From: Cyanobacteriota bacterium
GTDB lineage: Bacteria > Cyanobacteriota > Cyanobacteriia > Thermostichales > Thermostichaceae
Reading direction: 5' to 3'
Assembly: GCA_033764955.1 (NCBI GenBank)
Contig: JANRIL010000008.1
Coordinates: 1-19,103 of the forward strand
Length of the DNA stretch: 19,103 nt
The notes under the pieces were generated by a model. The model saw only the letters and a program-made list of their open reading frames with translations. It made no database searches and was not told the origin of the DNA. Position 1 is the first letter of the stretch. The number at the start of each line of letters is the position of its first letter. Made by a program: the position numbers and the translations under genes. Positions 16,898 to 19,103 of this stretch are shown piece after piece.

Positions 16898-18105
16898 GCC
16901 TGCTGATATCGGTCGGGTGGATCGCCAGTTTGACGGTGGCTGTGGCTTTGTTGGCCACTATTAACGCACGGCTGCACCATTCCCTGGGATCCCTTGTTCA
17001 ACTGACCCCACCCCAAGCGGAGACGGATCCCGATCGGTTGTCTGAATTGACAGTGATTGTTCCGGCCTATAACGAAGCTGCTAACGTCGTGGCTTGTTTG
17101 AGCAGCATTTTGGATAGCACTCCTGCTCCGATCCAGGTCTGGCTGGTGGATGATGTTTCTACCGATACCACATGGGAGTTGGCAGAAGCTTTGGCGGCGG
17201 AGCGAGGGGATCCCCGACTGCGCTTATGGAAAGGCCAACCTCGCCCCATCGATCAAATCTGGGCGGGCAAAAATTGGGCTTGTGCTCAGGTGGCCAGCCA
17301 GTTCACCCGTGAGTATGTGCTGTTCATAGATTGTGATGTTCGACTGCGGCCAGGAGCTTTAGAAGCTGCTCTTGAAACAGCAAAGCGCACTCAAGCGGAT
17401 CTGTTGACGGTTGGCCCCGATATTGTCTGTGGTTGTCTGGCGGAATGGGTGGTGCAGCCGATTATGGTAGTGCTGCTGGCGGTGGGCTATGACTTTGCGA
17501 CTGTTAACCATGCCGACGGTTCAGCCGCTTTTGCCTTTGGCCCCTTTATGCTATTTCGCCGGCCTGCTTATCAGTCCATCGGTGGACATGCTGCCATTGC
17601 CGATCAGATTGTCGAGGATGTGCAACTGGCTCGCCGGATTCGCCAATCGGGATCCCGACTGATTCTCTGCATGAGTGGGGGATTGGTGACAACCCGCATG
17701 TATCAGGATGCTCAAAGTCTCTGGGAGGGATGGAGCAAAAACTGGTTTCTGGGGCTAGGGGAAAGCTGGTTTCTCGCCCTCTTAAGCGCCCTCGGACTGA
17801 TCTGGGTGGGATCCCTGCCCTGGCTAGGTTTGGTTGTGGGGATGGGGATGGCTATCCGCGAACTACCCCCGTGGGAGTGGGTGTTGCTGCTGAGTGGGCT
17901 AGGAATAGGCGGGCAAGTTGGCCTTCGCTGGCAACTGCAACACTGGATGCGCTTGCCCATGCACTATACCTGGCTGACGGGATTAGCCGGATTGTGGACG
18001 GCTGCCATAGCCCTGAGTTCTGCTTACAAAACCTCTACCGGACGAGGGTGGACATGGCGGGGGCGGATATTGCACAAACCAGGTCAATCCACCAGCACTA
18101 GTTGA
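16894..18105 (+). CDS. Membrane-anchored family 2 glycosyltransferase (CrtQ/HpnB-like)
   Basis: N-terminal TM helix, then [26 protein letters not shown], the DxD motif [17 protein letters not shown]...WEGWSKN, C-terminal TM helices and WRGR. ATG 16894 overlaps the gatA stop (ATGA). Confidence 0.88.
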   Translation: MSLLISVGWIASLTVAVALLATINARLHHSLGSLVQLTPPQAETDPDRLSELTVIVPAYNEAANVVACLSSILDSTPAPIQVWLVDDVSTDTTWELAEALAAERGDPRLRLWKGQPRPIDQIWAGKNWACAQVASQFTREYVLFIDCDVRLRPGALEAALETAKRTQADLLTVGPDIVCGCLAEWVVQPIMVVLLAVGYDFATVNHADGSAAFAFGPFMLFRRPAYQSIGGHAAIADQIVEDVQLARRIRQSGSRLILCMSGGLVTTRMYQDAQSLWEGWSKNWFLGLGESWFLALLSALGLIWVGSLPWLGLVVGMGMAIRELPPWEWVLLLSGLGIGGQVGLRWQLQHWMRLPMHYTWLTGLAGLWTAAIALSSAYKTSTGRGWTWRGRILHKPGQSTSTS

Positions 18106-18247
18106 AAATGACTAACTGGTTACTTCTTGCATGGGGCTACCCAAAACTGTGTCAACCATAAGTTTGCTTATTATAGTTATTTCAATTTCGTTAATTAGCA
18201 AGCAGAAAATAATAGCACGATAGAGGCTGAAGAGAAAAATTCCAATA

Positions 18248-18409
18248 ACGTCCCATTCTCCAGACATCCGCAAAAAGATCTTGGAAAGTTATCAAGAGGC
18301 TCACACCTTCAGTTGAGCCGTTTCCAAGCAATTTGGGTTCAATCCCTACACCATGTAGCAATTGGTCAATCAATATCGAAGAAGTGCTGACCTTATGCCT
18401 CAAAAATAG
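18248..18409 (+). pseudogene. Degenerate IS630-family transposase N-terminal (HTH) fragment
   Basis: The frame from 18248 reads TSHSPDIRKKILESYQEAHTFS*AVSKQFGFNPYTM*QLVNQYRRSADLMPQK*. This matches the cyanobacterial IS630 N-terminal pattern (M..YS.DLR.KI...Y.......A.RF.V....V..L...Y...G.L.PK). In-frame stops fall at 18314 and 18356, with ACG where an ATG is expected. Confidence 0.62.
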
Positions 18410-18528
18410 ATGGCTGTCAGCATAGTGTATGATCCAAACATCTCTTTCCCTCGTTTGGCTGAAGTAGGGGAGAGTATTTATAGCTGTTTAGAAGCAAGCT
18501 CTCAAGTATTCGCTATCCACGACTGCGT

Positions 18529-18948
18529 ATGTCTATCCGCCCTTTTCATGTGGCTTTTCCAGTCAAGAATCTGGAGGAAACCCGCCATTTTTATCACCAT
18601 ATTTTGGGATGCCCAATCGGTCGTTCCTCAGATACTTGGATTGACTTTAACTTGTTCGATCACCAAATCACAGCCCACCTGAGTTTATCCTCCAGTCCTA
18701 CTTCTGTGAGCAATGTGGTCGATGGCAAAGCCGTACCTGTACAGCACTGGGGGGTGATTTTAGAGATGACCCAATGGCAAGCTTTTGCCGACCACCTCAA
18801 GGGGCAAGGGATCCCTTTTTTGATTGAACCCCATATCCGCTTTGTGGGAGAAGTGGGTGAGCAAGCCACCCTCTTTTTTCAGGATCCCGACGGTCACACC
18901 CTAGAATTCAAGGCATTTGCCAGCGATGGAGGGATTTTTGCCCATTGA
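18529..18948 (+). CDS. VOC-superfamily (glyoxalase/extradiol dioxygenase-like) protein
   Basis: PFHVAFPVKNLEETRHFY..ILGC..GRSS..WIDFNLFDHQITAH...VDG..VPV.HWG...GEQATLFFQDPDGHTLEFKAF, with metal-ligand His/His/His/Glu positions. Confidence 0.92.
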   Translation: MSIRPFHVAFPVKNLEETRHFYHHILGCPIGRSSDTWIDFNLFDHQITAHLSLSSSPTSVSNVVDGKAVPVQHWGVILEMTQWQAFADHLKGQGIPFLIEPHIRFVGEVGEQATLFFQDPDGHTLEFKAFASDGGIFAH

Positions 18949-18962
18949 CTTGTCAATAGGTA

Positions 18963-19103
18963 GTGACATACTCCCGACGCTCATGCATTCGCATAGAGGG
19001 CGGGCTTCTCAGTGACCCCTGGTATCCCATCGGGCGTTTCCTGAGCTTTATTGACGGGATGACCCACCGCCAAATGCTTGATATTGATTGCCGCGTTGTG
19101 GTC
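18963..19103 (-). mobile_element. IS200/IS605-family element (element 2), right end, inverted relative to element 1
   Basis: The reverse complement of 18963-19008 is GAAGCCCGCCCTCTATGCGAATGCATGAGCGTCGGGAGTATGTCAC, which is 38/46 identical to 384-429 and also ends in TCAC. Confidence 0.88.
18981..19103 (-). CDS. tnpB: Second IS200/IS605-family TnpB, extreme C-terminus (5' part outside the window; absent from the ORF track)
   Basis: The reverse strand from 19103 translates DHNAAINIKHLAVGHPVNKAQETPDGIPGVTEKPALYANA*. D-x-NAA-x-NI is the RuvC-III motif of TnpB. The stop TGA is at 18983-18981. Confidence 0.88.
   Translation of the reverse strand, partial: DHNAAINIKHLAVGHPVNKAQETPDGIPGVTEKPALYANA

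Larger units (their letters stand above)
953..18815. repeat. Highly iterated palindrome GGGATCCC (HIP1 variant), dispersed
   Basis: About 34 exact copies by hand count (e.g. 953, 1552, 1792, 3152, 6913, 6951, 13261, 15443, 18808), plus many 1-mismatch copies. Canonical GCGATCGC was seen only about twice (8542, 9835). Confidence 0.9.

Noticed and set aside
18191..18403. 70-aa minus-strand ORF in the GT2-VOC gap
   Set aside because: It is the antisense shadow of the decayed IS630-like frame and has no motif of its own.
47..18869. Numerous short overlapping or antisense ORFs listed in the track within the main genes
   Set aside because: They are shadows of well-supported GC-rich CDSs on the other strand or frame, with no independent motifs.
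1..19103. Composite transposon formed by the two inward-facing IS605-type ends carrying the 18.5-kb interior
   Set aside because: Both visible ends are right ends on opposite strands. TnpA excises single-stranded DNA between a left and a right end on the same strand. The interior is HIP-rich core housekeeping DNA (rne, gatA, trmFO, tRNAs).

Overview
Cyanobacterial chromosomal segment, probably from a Thermostichus / hot-spring Synechococcus OS-A/B'-type lineage. The inference rests on the octamer GGGATCCC occurring about 34 times by hand count, while canonical HIP1 GCGATCGC is rare. The core is housekeeping and rich in RNA-metabolism genes. In order: FAD oxidoreductase, pentapeptide-repeat protein, tRNA-Cys(GCA), class V aminotransferase, PHP hydrolase, REC/HD-GYP phosphodiesterase, trmFO, a TIGR03960/TIGR03936-type radical SAM fusion, rne-rnhB behind a ~780-bp hairpin-rich leader, tRNA-Arg(CCG), gatA, a GT2 glycosyltransferase and a VOC protein. 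Both window edges lie inside different IS200/IS605-family tnpB genes that point inward; the right-hand one is missing from the ORF track. The two share a 46-nt right end with compensatory base changes in its hairpin, and the left element's TCAC end supplies the stop codon of the neighbouring host gene. Accessory material: an AT-rich islet after tRNA-Arg carrying a DUF6884-like gene and a possible half attC-like site, and a decayed IS630-type transposase fragment at ~18.25-18.41 kb. I see no unambiguous new multi-gene system. The best leads are the TnpB/omegaRNA ends, the radical SAM-rne linkage with its structured leader, and the tRNA-Arg islet.
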